Assembly: GCA_951406725.2 (NCBI GenBank)
Contig: OX597825.1
Location: 43,152,001-43,216,000 of the forward strand
Length of the DNA stretch: 64,000 nucleotides
Reading direction: 5' to 3'
DNA from: Octopus vulgaris
Lineage: Eukaryota
Part shown: positions 36,775-49,426 of the stretch, piece by piece
Layout of the letters: each line of letters opens with the position of its first letter
Numbering within the stretch: the first letter of the stretch is position 1
Notes under the pieces: generated by a model
What the model saw: only the letters and a program-made list of their open reading frames with translations
What the model was told of the DNA's origin: nothing
Database searches by the model: none
Position numbers and translations under genes: made by a program

Positions 36775-37351
36775 AATCCAAACATGAAACCACCAAGAGA
36801 AAACACAACAACGCGAGGACGTGGAACAAGTATAGTGTTATTGGATGCTCAGAAAAGGAAGGAAAGAAGGAGGATTTAACGTTTCGAGCAGATCTCTTCG
36901 TCAGAAACATAGGAAAAGGAAAGCTCCAATGAAGAGAAGACGGAGGGAAAAAATCGCCAACGGTACACACGCGGTCAATTAAACACATAAGGAATCCACT
37001 CGTGGGGGTCAACACGCTAGAAAGAACAGCTAGATTCTATAACCACAAAAATTAGGGATACAATTCGACAGGAACGAAAGGAAAAATAGAAATATTTTAC
37101 CACTAAGTTTCCTGGACCAATTGGTTTCCGATTTTAGTTTAGCAAGCAAATAACATTTACTCAGGAGGTAAAATCGTCATCAACAGGTACACCTTGGGGT
37201 AAATATATAAACACGAGGTGATCAAACTATATGCCGCCCGTTTATACATTCTAACTTTTTTCAAAATCTACTGCACAGACGTAACCCTTCGGTTATAGAA
37301 TCTAGCTTTTCTTTCTAGCATGTTGAAACCAACGAGTGGATTCCTTATGTG
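36775..37351. mobile_element. Composite PLE-type remnant: hammerhead-bearing fragment plus inverted arms (about 36983-37043 / 37291-37351)
   Basis: cacataaggaatccactcgt..ctagattctataacc mirrored by ggttatagaatctag..acgagtggattccttatgtg; direct repeat 36558-36612 / 37237-37291. Confidence 0.6.
36874..36908 (-). ncRNA. Minimal type-I hammerhead ribozyme motif
   Basis: Minus strand GUUU CUGACGA A GAG aucug CUC GAAA CG UU / AAAU. Confidence 0.75.
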
Positions 37352-37377
37352 CTTAAATGTACACTATATCGTATGAC

Positions 37378-37409
<32 letters not shown>

Positions 37410-38704
37410 GAGAGAGAGAGATAGAAAGAGAAGGAGAGAGGGGGAGATAGACAGATATACAAATATACTTGGAAATGGATGCGTGGCTTTAATATATGTC
37501 TGAATGTATAATACAATACTATGCATACAAACATGCTCACATCTATACGTAATTACCATTCCCTCTATTTCAGACGCATCCACGGCCCTCGACATTTTCT
37601 AAAAGGGTTTTCAACACAACATTAACTTGCTGTTCTTTATAACTTTGTACGTTCTTCGAGATCTAGTTCTCAAAAGATACATGTATATGTATCCACACAA
37701 ATAGAAGAAAATATGACGAAAAAAGCGAAAATTGCCAAAAATATACAACATGAAAAGACGAGATGTTGGTACTGTGATTGATCGGTTGTATTTGCTTAAT
37801 GTCACCAATAGTTTGTCTAATGACCATGTACTACAAAATCTTGCACTTGAAAAATTCCGTCTGTTCAATAATCATATTATATCTATAAGTCATATTCATC
37901 GAACAGATATCGCATGCTTGAAACAAATCTTGAACACTCTGCATTAGTTTAAGTTTAACGTCTTGTTTGGTGACCAGTAAAACTTTCAATATTCGGTTAA
38001 GTGGAATTTAACCAGGCAAAATGCCTCTCTTTTCATACCTCGAGCTACGACATTGAATTATATTTATACCGGAACTAATTTTCGTTATCTTGATATTGGT
38101 ATACATCGCACAAGAATGAATATATTGGCATTAGAATTTCAAGAGTAACTATATTTATGAAAATATTCATAATACATAAATACCCACATACCTGCCTCAT
38201 ACATACCTACATAAATAAATACACACACGCACACACACTGGCGTGCGCGCACGCGCATGCATACCACGTACAGGCGTGCGCATACACAGGCACACTCAGG
38301 CACACACACATCAATAAACTATTGTATGCATATGGGACAATTTAACGTTTCAAAAACGTATAAATATAATTTATTTATTCGTGAGTGTAATTGTTTATCA
38401 TGTTACTTCGTAGTGATTATTCCTCTTTTAAACTATATGAGAACTAATATCAACCATGTTTAATACTGTATAATTGCATGCAATGTTATCGTGGAATCAA
38501 AAGCAACCACTGGTACGTTCCAAGTGTATGATTTTATATAGTATAAAACAACCCAAGTACAGACAGTGGTCCGGGAACAAAATTTGCTTGGTGGTTGCAA
38601 ATCCAGGTCCAAAATGTTTTACGAAACATGTAGATGTTTTTAAAGTTAATATTGATACGAAAACAGGTACAATAATAATTATTATTATATTAGGAAACGA
38701 ATTT

Positions 38705-39330
38705 CCCTACCTTGGAGCAGGTGAAGAGGAGTGTTTCCACTGCTTGGATTGTCTCCTTGTTGCTAGTTGGTTCAAAGCGATGAAGCCAACACCTTTAGTT
38801 AGGAAACGTTCAAGGAAGCAAGCAGAACCCTTCGTCATTCTAAGTTCATTGTGCAGAATATCCTCTACTCTCTCATGGGATATGGCAATAACATTGAATA
38901 TTTGCTTTATAGTCAATGGGCCGTGATCCACAATTATGAGGTGAACACGATTAATGTTTTCCTCGGTTGTAACAGCTGCAGAAACCCAGAAAATGGATCT
39001 TCTCAAGACTCTCTTTTCCCCTGATAAATTCAGCTGCCACGTTTACACTGTTGGTAATGCTGGGGCGTCATCCCCTAACGTATCTACGAAGTCAGCATGA
39101 ATGTCCTTGCGAGTTAAACCCTTTTTCCGCACGTATTTGATTACAGCACGATGTCAAATTTTGTCGATTTTCAAAAGAATTTGCTAACAGTTATATCTGA
39201 AGTTCTGTGAATAATCAGATATCAGTTTACCCGGAAAGAAATAACGGAATTATTGATAAGAAGTCTTGAAATTACTGCAAGCAAGATTCCACTGCTCTCG
39301 CTTCACGTCTTAATTATTAGCCAGTGAACG
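38705..39330 (-). pseudogene. Mariner (DD34D-type) transposase N-terminal relic
   Basis: HRAVIKYVRKKGLTRKDIHADFVDTLGDDAP; AVTTEENINRVH..TIKQI..ISHERVEDILHNELRMTK; RQSKQWKHSSSPAP. Confidence 0.88.
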
Positions 39331-39348
39331 TTTGAGCCCACTCTCGTT

Positions 39349-39712
39349 CATATATAAAAGTGCTTCAAATTTTTACAAAATATTTTCTATGCTAGATTCT
39401 TTTAGCAATGAAACTTTCCAGGAAACTTACCGATTTTCAATGAATCTTTCCGTTTTTCTTGCACAAGTCTTTATGCTCATGCATTATGGCACAGTGTGTT
39501 ATGCGGTGCTGCGTCATTGTGGTACAGAGCCAATTCTTCAAACAACGAAGTGCGCTGAACGTTCTCTTGATTGATGCAAAGAAAAAATAAGCTGCACACG
39601 TGAGAACTTCAGCGCACTTCACCGTTTGAAGACCTGGCTCCGTGCCACAATGATGCAGTGCCGTGATGCTTGTGCATAAAAACTTGTGCAACGAAAATGC
39701 TTTGTACATCCT

Positions 39713-39745
<33 letters not shown>

Positions 39746-40030
39746 CCAGTTTCAGCTCTTGAGCTGTGGCCATGCTGGGGCACCGCCATTGTGGTGAAAG
39801 AGTACAGCAGGGATCACCACCCCCTGCCGGAGCCTCGTAGAGCTTTTAGGTGTTTTCGCTCAATAAACACACACAACGCCCGGTCTGAGAATCGAAACCG
39901 CGATCCTGCGACCGCGAGTCCGCTGCCCTAACCACTAGGCCATTGCGCCTCTACGCCTCATGGAAAGTTTCTTTGCCAAAACGAGAGTAGAATATTTTTC
40001 AGAATAATTTGAAGCACTTTTCCATATGTA
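39349..40030. mobile_element. Palindromic MITE centred near 39585, interrupted by a SINE
   Basis: Outer arms aaaagtgcttcaaatt..gaaactttcca / tggaaagtttc..aatttgaagcactttt; inner arms gaagtgcgctgaa / ttcagcgcacttc. Confidence 0.8.
39716..39955 (-). mobile_element. tRNA-derived SINE with poly(A) tail; TSD CCTCAT
   Basis: Minus-strand head aggcgcaatggcctagtggttagggcagcggactcgcggtcgcaggatcgcggtttcgattc; CCTCAT at 39710-39715 and 39956-39961. Confidence 0.9.
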
Positions 40031-40249
40031 CGAGACAGAATAAGCTGCATTAGCATTAGAACTTGCTTGAACGAATAACAGCATCAGAAGCTCTGCATTT
40101 TAAAAAAAAGTCATGCAGTCCATTGGGCAAAGTATCTTTTTCCGTCCACAGGCCAGTTAGGAGTTTGGTCTGTGATGGGAATGAAGGCAAGTAAAATTAA
40201 AACGGCAGGTATGCATTTACAAACTCAAACGTCCCACAGCTGACTGCCA

Positions 40250-41800
40250 ATAACTGCAAATCCTCCCGCTCAGAGCATATGCACATTTCCTCTTGCTGGA
40301 AGCGGTGATTCAATTCATTTTCGATCACAGCAGCGATGCTGAAAAATTGCCGACGTCAGTCATAGATGACAAAGAGAGCACCCTCTTCAGTAGTTTTTTT
40401 TCTTCTTTATATGTGAAGCGCAGTGATGTATTCTTGTAACGAAAAGGTGTTAGGCAGTTTCACAAAGTCAGCAGAGGATATCTCGCCGAAATAGTTTTCA
40501 AACACTTTCTTACTTCTTATTTTTGAAAGAGAGTCCTTCAACTTCTCGATCAGCTGCAAGCAGTCACCGGCCGTTGTGCCTGGACGCTGTAAATTACGTG
40601 TCACAGATTCACATATTCCAGATACGTTCCTTGATAGCAAACACAGTGGAAGCTTTGCTAGATTCTTTCAGCGGTCATTTGAGAGTAGCCTTTGTTGTTG
40701 TTCATAGCGCTGTATCATTCAGAACCTCCAGCAAGAAACCCTTAATCTTCTTATAGCTGCTTTCCGCCTGTTTCAGTGCTGTTGCTCTAATGCACCAACG
40801 AGTTGGATACACGGCTTGCAACATGATCTTCTCATTGCGCTTTTCTTTTTGGTAACTTTTTCAAAAGGATGGTGCATTGGTGAACAAAATTCAGCGCATC
40901 AGCTACAATGGCAACCGTAGAGCCAACTTCTTGGAGGACAACAAAATATATACAAGGAACCTGCCTGAAATGTTTCCACTGAAGGTACTAGCACCATCAA
41001 ATGAAATGCAGCATAATTTTGAGCCAAGCGAATTGTTTAAGCAGCAAAAAACTTCCAGAATAACATTAGTGTCTCCGAAGAGCAATTAGGAGGATTAAAA
41101 CAATCGAGAAAATCTTTGTAATTATCCAGGTCCTCAGAAACAGGATTCTTGTTCCTTACAAGAGCAATCAGTGGTGCCATCACATTTAATACCAATAAAC
41201 ATAGAATCTTCAATTTTCTTTCTGGTCTCGTGTAGGATGTTATGAGCATAGCCCTGTAGGATCTCATTCTGTATGGTATCAGATAGGAAATTATCTTGAT
41301 GTTTAAACCACTGACATACTTCTGCAAGATCTTTTATACAAATTTTCCTGTGTCATGTTCATGCACTTGTAATGCTAGGCCTTGCCTACCACAGATTCTT
41401 ACCGCTTTGAAAATAATTTTTAATGCTTGCTAGACTACTTATTCAGAGTCTTTGAGTTGTTGCTCCAGTTTCGTAGTCAAATTAAGAAGCCAGTGTCCTT
41501 AGGCGTTGTAATTTTCTTATCCTTATGAAGTCATAAGGATCTCTTCAACCAGATTGGCAGTATGAGAGTTTCTTTGTATCCTTGGGAAAATTGAATCACT
41601 TTCAAGCACAGATTGTTTTTGTAACGAGCAAAATTTTGATGACACCTCTTGACATATTAGAAGTGCTTTATCATAAATCTTTTTCACTGAATTGTATCCT
41701 TGCAATCTGCAAAGGTCCTGTATTCTCTTGACGTGATGCAGTACCGAAGAAATCTGAAATTTTCCTCACTTTTGTTCTGATAGACTTGACATTAGTACAC
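40250..41800 (-). pseudogene. hAT-superfamily (ZMYM1-like) transposase relic
   Basis: CISFDGASTFSG; LQAVYPTRWCIRA; CESVTRNLQ..TAGDC. Confidence 0.75.
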
Positions 41801-41861
41801 AGAGCTGATTATAATGGAAAAAAGTCAAAAGGTGCAAGCAGATCAAAAATTTCAGATTAGC

Positions 41862-41930
41862 AAACTATGGTTTCTCTTAATTATTTTTGACTGATTTACA
41901 GTCAAAAATAATTAAGAGAAACCATAGTTT
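41862..41930. repeat. Perfect 32-bp inverted repeat with a 5-nt loop
   Basis: aaactatggtttctcttaattatttttgactg-attta-cagtcaaaaataattaagagaaaccatagttt. Confidence 0.97.
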
Positions 41931-42939
41931 ACTAGTTCGACGTTGTTATCAGGCAGAAACCTGAAAATCTATTTCATTTAACAACTTCGAAAGAAAAACT
42001 AAAAAAAAACAGCATGATATACATTTGCATATTTTTGATATGAATTAAACGAATGGCGTACAGTATGTTTAATAATTTGGAAAATAGTTTATATATTTAA
42101 AATGCTTAATTTCGGAAATATATCAAGCGAAGTAAACATAAGCAGTAGAAATACAAATTACATGTATTTCAAAATGTGGGACACTACATGACAGAAACTA
42201 ACAATAAAGAAAGAAAATAGTGGTGATTGGTTTCCAGAGGTACGATGAGAAGTTTCAGGTGAAGGATAGAAAGATGACATTGAAAGAAAGAACGATAGAA
42301 CGAAAGAAAAGAATGAAACACAAACTGGTAGTCTGAAATGAATGTTAGGCAGAAAATGAAAAATAAAATATGTCTTACCTAGGCACTGAAAAAGGATGGG
42401 TGATAAAAAGTTGGAAAGTCTTTTGGTACCAAAAAGTGAAGAATGAGAGACGGAGTGGAGTAAAAAAGGCTGAGGAGTAGCAGGTAGGAAGAAAGAGGAC
42501 TTGCGAAGAAAGAGGGGAATAATGATAGATATTAGATAGCGTCGGAGTTAGACGAACGCCGACAGCTAGCGACGGTGGAACGCTGATGGTACAGCCGCGG
42601 ATTCCATGTTCAGTATTTTGTTGATAAACTAGCGTACGACTAGGAGGACAGGACCATGAATTCCCCCCCGGGGGAAAATAACCCTTCGTCCTGGCATGAC
42701 TGAAAAGCATGCCATGGCTGACCATCAAGACACTTCCGCATCTTCCTGGCCAAGGGTTTTACGGTGCCCGGCTAACTTATGGCACTGTCGATTGATGTAA
42801 TAATCATTATGTGTATTCACAGTGTTTCTTTGTGGAACAGAGTAAACCGACCAAGTTTGTACCTGTCAAGAAATCCTAGGAGCACTCAGGCCACAATCCG
42901 CAAGCGCAGCCACCCATGGAAGAGTAGACCACAGTTCTA

Positions 42940-43690
42940 AGCCAGTCTGGATTGATCTGACCTGGTTTGGACGGGTCTGATCCAGTTTTGACCGGTCTGA
43001 ACCGGTTTCGACTGGTCTGCACCAATCTGATCCAGTTTCGACCGGTTTGATTCAGTTTGGACCGGTTTGATACGGTTTGGACCAGTTTGATACGGTTTGC
43101 AGCAGTCTGAACTGCTATGGACCAGTTTGAACTGGATTAGAACGGTTTGGAATGGTTTCATAAGATTTTAACTGGTTAGAAACGGTCTCATCCGGTCTGC
43201 ACTGGTCTGCACCGGTTTGGTGTTTGATGAAGATGTTTGATGAAAATATTCGATGAATGTTTGATGAAAATATTTGTTGTTTAATGGAAATATTTGACGA
43301 TGAAATTTTTATGAAGATATTTGTGGGCTGGTCTGTGGGCCCGTTTGAAGTGGTTTGGACTAGCTTGAACCGGTTTGGACCAGTCTGATCTAGTTTTGAC
43401 TAGTTTGAATTCGTTTGGATCAGTCTTATCCGGGTTGGACGGGTTTGAGTTAGAGTTTGATGTTCGATGAGATGTTTGATGGAAATGCTTGAAGATGATG
43501 TTTGGTGGAAATGTTTCATGAACATGTTTGATGATAATATTTAATGAAATGTGTGACGAAAATGTTTGATGATGCTTGATGAAAATGTTTTATGAAGATA
43601 TTTTGAGGAATATGTTTCATGAAATGTTTGGACCGGTTTGAACCAGTTTTTGATGAACTTGTTTGATGTTTGATGAAACTGTTTGAAGGT
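42940..43690. repeat. Composite minisatellite: blocks of a 10-bp unit (ACCGGTTTGR) alternating with 11-13-bp units (ATGTTTGATGAAA)
   Basis: About 28 in-phase 10-mers at 42940-43220, then alternating blocks to 43690. Confidence 0.9.
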
Positions 43691-43699
43691 TACTTCACT

Positions 43700-45300
43700 A
43701 GGTAAATAAAGTAAACATACAATTTATTAAAATATAGATATAATTCAGAAATGGAAAACAAAACAATAAACTGAACAATAATAAATTCAATTCAATTTAA
43801 ATATTTTATACAAACAAATGATTTGGTCTATCTATGACTACAGAGAAAGAATATAATTCAATTACTTACTTAGATGTGAACTGTAATTTATTATCTGGAA
43901 TATATGAACCGTATATGAAACCAAATTATAAATCAAAATATATAAATTATCAAAGTAATCACCCACCTTTTTATGAAAAAAGGTTTAGTATATAATATTA
44001 GTAACAGAATTTCATATTTATGTTATAATGAAGATATATTTTATAGACATAAAGACCAATATGATTTGGCCTTAAGCAAAGCAAGATATAAGAATAAATT
44101 AAAGTATATTAAAGATAATAATATTACAAATTAAATCAGTAAATTTGATAATAGGAATAATAATATAAAAACTAATGATAATAATAAAAACCATAGATAT
44201 ATAAAGAAACCGAATAAAATTTAAAATTATATCTACTTAATGAATAAAAATAATTTTAATAGCTTCAACAGTAATAAGGTAGATACTAATATAATCCCAT
44301 ATGCTATACGAATAAAAACTAATTTGGTGAAATAGGCTAATTAATAAGCATTTCAATATATATAATAAATATTATGAAATTATTAACAATAACAAAACAA
44401 AGGTACTTAGCTACTATAATGGCTTCTATAAATAATAAAAAATTAGGTTTATTTTATTCAAATAGAGAATGTGTTAAGAATAACTCCTCTAATGCCAGGG
44501 CCAATGTACAAAATGTTAGTAGTAATACTACTAGGTATTTCATTAATAAACATAATATTATTAAGAACGGTCAGAAACCAGTTACATCTAAAGATTCTTA
44601 AAACATGTGATTGTAAAAATATAGATGTCCGTATGGTTAAAAATTTATGTAAATTAAAACATGTAGTATATCAATGTAAAGTTACCCCAGAAATCAATAA
44701 TATGTTTATATTGGATCAACTGAAAAAACCCACCTCAGCTACCATTCTGTAACTGAACGTCGATATGTTCGCGTCTTTTTTCTTGGGATGTCTACTATAT
44801 CAGAATTTTAACCTACATTGATATACGCATCATTGCACCTAAGGACTTACGCTCATGGATCTACGCAGGATTGCACCTAAGCACTTATGCTCTGGATTCT
44901 ATAACTTCGGAAAGTGGAACTATGAACTATTATAATTCTATTTTCTTCTCTATTTCCATCTACTTATTCTTTTATTCCATTCCTTTATGTCGTCATCTTA
45001 TTAATATATACCATTATAATTTTCCCTATTTTTCCATATTTGTCTCTGATGACAGTATATCCCATACTCGAGGATACCCCCAAAACAGCTGTAAGATTTC
45101 TGAATTTCTTCCTATAATAGTATTGTATACAACTTGAGATGTTTCCCTAGCCTTAAAGTTTGGTGTTTTGTTTAGCAATGGTTCTATAACTGCAATGGTT
45201 CCATAACTACTCTCGGTTATAAACTTAGAGCCCCAGTAATCCGTTACAGCACTTACCTGGCGTACCTAATCGTTTACATCAACTGTGAACTAAACCCCCA
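43700..45300 (+). mobile_element. Very AT-rich decayed PLE (RT thumb to GIY-YIG, then 3' pLTR)
   Basis: KTCDCK...LCKLKHVVYQCKVT followed by YIGST (frameshifted); hammerhead relic at 45042. Confidence 0.7.
45042..45097 (+). ncRNA. Degenerate hammerhead motif (G12->A), same type as 20710
   Basis: GUCU CUGAUGA ..UAUCC..GGAUA.. AAAA CAGCUG UA / AGAU. Confidence 0.55.
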
Positions 45301-45307
45301 TACTTTG

Positions 45308-45380
<73 letters not shown>

Positions 45381-46109
45381 CTGTGTGTGTGTGTGTATAG
45401 TTGATACTTTTAATTTTAATGTTGATGATGCATTAGTTGAGTAGTATATCTTTCTAGAATTCCCTTGAGAATTTTATGACCAGCTCCATTAGTTAACATT
45501 TGGGATTTTTTATTTATTTATTTTTTTGTCTTGTGTTCTTGTTTTGAGAAGAAACCTAACGTCAAACAACCTTTTACAGATGAGTTTTTTGATACTGTCA
45601 TCTAAACCAGGTGAAGTATGTAGGGGTGAAAATTTTGATTTTACAAGCCACAAATATTTTAGTGGGTGCAAGCGTACTACCTGCGCATCATGATCCCGGG
45701 CCTTGAGGACTGATGACATACTAAGCAAGGAATGCGTGTTCACATCCCCACTCTTCAAACATTAAGCTCGTCAATGTCAGCAATGCAGAATTTTTGATTC
45801 TTGACATTATCTCCCCTTCTTACATAGAGTAGCTCTGACGTCCCATTTCGTAACTGTGGTACATCGTTTAGCGACAATATTTATAAGTCAATATTTTATG
45901 TTGTGTGGTATTGATATACCTATGTTAGTCTAGGTTCTTCATATCCATGACACATTGAGTTATTTTAACTCATTGTACATACAGGCACACATATACATAC
46001 ACACATACCAAAAGAATGGTCGAGAGAAATACATATATACATTATAGACAGACACACATACACCAAATATACGTGTGCATATATGTGTGTGTGTGTGTGT
46101 GTGTATGTC

Positions 46110-46177
<68 letters not shown>

Positions 46178-46734
46178 GTATGTATGTATGTAGTCTTCCA
46201 TATATTTGACGTGAATGAGGCAGACAGTTTTTAATTAAGATACGAAAAAAGAAAATTTAGCGTACTTAACTAAAAGAGCACTTAAGTAATACCCAGTGGT
46301 ATTAACTGAAGAAATAATAGCAATAATAAAGAAATAAAATATTATATATGTGTAAGCATATGTAATGGTGTGCGTGTGTATAAAATATATGTGCGTATAT
46401 ATGTACGAGTGAGCTTGAATACATGGATGCAAATTCTGTAATTTATAAGTATTTATAAGTAAATATATTAGGCAATAACTATAGTATGGCTAAAGATTTC
46501 ATTCATAAGTAGTGATGCGGCCAATTCACGTATTTGTATAACAAATATATAATGCTGGCATTTAAGTTGTTTCTAAGATTATATCATCCAGCACATTGAA
46601 TGAACGTAAGTAATACTAAGCAAACATGAGTTCATGTAATTTTTAAAAGCAGTTAGAACACTTATCATTACTTACGTTTTATGCAATTTCTATGTGTTTG
46701 TGCACGCGCGCTCATTTAGATGTGGTCTAATCGT

Positions 46735-46865
46735 TGAGCCTATGATAAGTAAAGCTCGGTGATTGGTTGTCTTCACCGGGCGCTGCCTCATACCCTGGAA
46801 AAAGGCATTTCAGTTCACGTTGCTCCATATAAGTAGACACCGAATGTTTGGGAGCTAAGAATGCT
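46735..46865 (+). mobile_element. Degenerate SINE fragment
   Basis: ccctggaaaaaggcatttcagttcacgttgctcc resembles the SINE core domain. Confidence 0.4.
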
Positions 46866-48406
46866 ACGCAATTGGAGCTAAAGCGTAGTGCAATCTGGAT
46901 GTTATGTTTGTTTGCAACTGACCACTAAAATTTAATTTCTGTGGGTGTGTGTACGTTGGTGTGTGTGTGTGTGTGTGAACGTTTGTGTATATGTGTGTGA
47001 TTGTCTTTATATGTATATGCGTGTGTGTTCTATGACTGAATAGACGAAGTTTTATTTTGTGTCCGTATGTCGTTGAGACACACACATGAAATACTGGACC
47101 TCTGCAGTGGGATATCCAACAATTTACACACGGAAAAGACTGGAGCAGAGGGAAAGGAATACTCAAAGCTTCTGCTAATATGTATGTATGCACGTATGTA
47201 TATACGTATGCATATATGTGCGTATCTATGTATGTATATACGTATCTTAATAGATAAGCGAGCGATGTGACGTATAAAATTAACTTACACACGGAATTAA
47301 CGTGGAAAAAATTTTATGTTTGTATGTACTATATATATGGTGCTTTTTACAGTTAAATTATGGGTGACCTAAGCGGGAAAAATAAAAAGTGGCAGAAATG
47401 CAGCTAAGTAGGAAGAACAATTTTAAGAATGCGCATTGAAAATAAGGGGTAACGAGGATATAACGAGAAAATTCGATTTGATGAACAATCTATGCGACAA
47501 CATGAGTATACAAATGAGTGTACAACGTTTATGAATTGATTCTGAACAAACTGTATGGTCTGCAAAATAAGTTGTACTCTGAAACAAAGAGTGGCACATG
47601 AAAGTGTAGAAAATAATGTTATAATCACATCAAAATATTGGTTGCTGTGACAATTAAGAGAAACGAACAGAACAAAAGTGTCGGTCTTGCCGAGCTAACT
47701 ACTCCTTGTGAAGATATATGGATGTCACTCTCATTCGTTCACACACGCGCGCGTGCACACACTCATACACACATGAATGAACGTGCATGATCACAACAAA
47801 ATATGACTAAAGTAACTCGATGGTTGAAAGTTTCGTATACGGTACTTCAAAGAAAATATTACCAATGAAAACTTCGTATCTTTTGAACTCTTATAAAGCG
47901 TGGGTTAAAATATTTTTCTTGAATATTTCATTACAGACAAAAATTGGACGGTCACTTGAAAATCATTAAAACTCGATGTCTTCCCGCGAAATAGACGTGG
48001 CGCTTGAGAGAAAATGTATATATGAAATCAAATGTAGGCATAGAACCAAAGCTGGATACTAACACATCAACGATACACATTTTCACAGGCAAAACATTTC
48101 ATGCTAGATACAGACATCCCTTCCTTCCTTCCGACTACCTCAGATTACCGGACTTTGCGCTAATAGGAATTCTAAAGTATGACCATTAATTTGGTGATAC
48201 GGTCAGTATTTCGCTCTTACAGAAAACCCGCATTATGTAGTTTTAAAACATCACATGCTTTTTAGCTGAATGGCAACTTGTGCTTTAGTTGAGATCAAAT
48301 TTACGATCTGAAAAACTATAATCACATTACAAATATATATGTGCACTCGTGCGCATATGTATGTATATATTTTATAATGGGAGTATCTGTCTATCTATCT
48401 ATCTGC

Positions 48407-48498
<92 letters not shown>

Positions 48499-48502
48499 AT
48501 AT

Positions 48503-48559
<57 letters not shown>

Positions 48560-48619
48560 AACGCATGTATGTGTGCACATGAGTGTGTGTGTGTTTATGC
48601 CTCAAGCTAGAAATGCAAA

Positions 48620-49370
48620 GTGCGAATTACCTACAAAACCCGATATATATATATATATCCATACCTTAAGGTAAATTAAATTAAGTTAGCGATTACTCAA
48701 AATTCATTCTCAGTGCATTGTGCAAAAGTACATTTATATGCGTCTAGTTATTCAGAAATTCAGTTATCTTCTTGTTAGTCCACAGAATAGACAGGGGTTA
48801 ATTGGAGCAGAGATGGTATATCCTGGAAATTGTATTGCATGGTTTCGCATACCTTACTATTGACCAATTAATGATGTACCTGATTTTATCCTCCTTCAGT
48901 CACCATGCAAGATCTCCCAGAGATGTTGAATGTCTCCTCTTGATTGTCTTAAACCTGGCAACAAGATTGCGATAACGGTTCTTAAATGAATCAGCCGTCT
49001 GCCCAGCGTAAACATTCCCCTTGTGTGCACGGTACATTTATATTCAAAATTTGTACTTATACAAAGATTCATCAAAGGACATTTTGAATTCTCTCTGCAT
49101 TAGAATTTATCGTATTTATTTGTATATAAGGCAGTCCAGACTCCATCTACCGGCGTTGTTACCGTGCTCGCTGTATCATAAGTATTTCTACTTGTACAAA
49201 TTGGTCGTAGTTGGTATTTATTAATGCGGTTTACATCTCCTTCGTTGGTATTTAAATGCAAACGTTCTCTAGATCCAGTAGGTGGGTTATCGAAACTTTG
49301 CCGCATTTTGCTATTGTTTATGCGATGCATAAGCAACTCTAAATTAGCAATGTTCACGTAGAATACGTAC
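48620..49370 (-). pseudogene. PLE GIY-YIG endonuclease fragment
   Basis: GNVYAGQTADSFKNRYRN...HSTSLGDLAW.LKE...INWSIV..AKP....HLC. Confidence 0.75.
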
Positions 49371-49372
49371 AT

Positions 49373-49419
<47 letters not shown>

Positions 49420-49426
<7 letters not shown>

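Noticed and set aside
42940-43690. CRISPR-like regular array
   Set aside because: Contiguous tandem units without unique spacers, eukaryotic context and no cas genes.
45707-45750. GGA-CTGATGA...GAATGCGTGTTC hammerhead-like string
   Set aside because: No convincing stem II and GAAA is absent; at best a very old relic.
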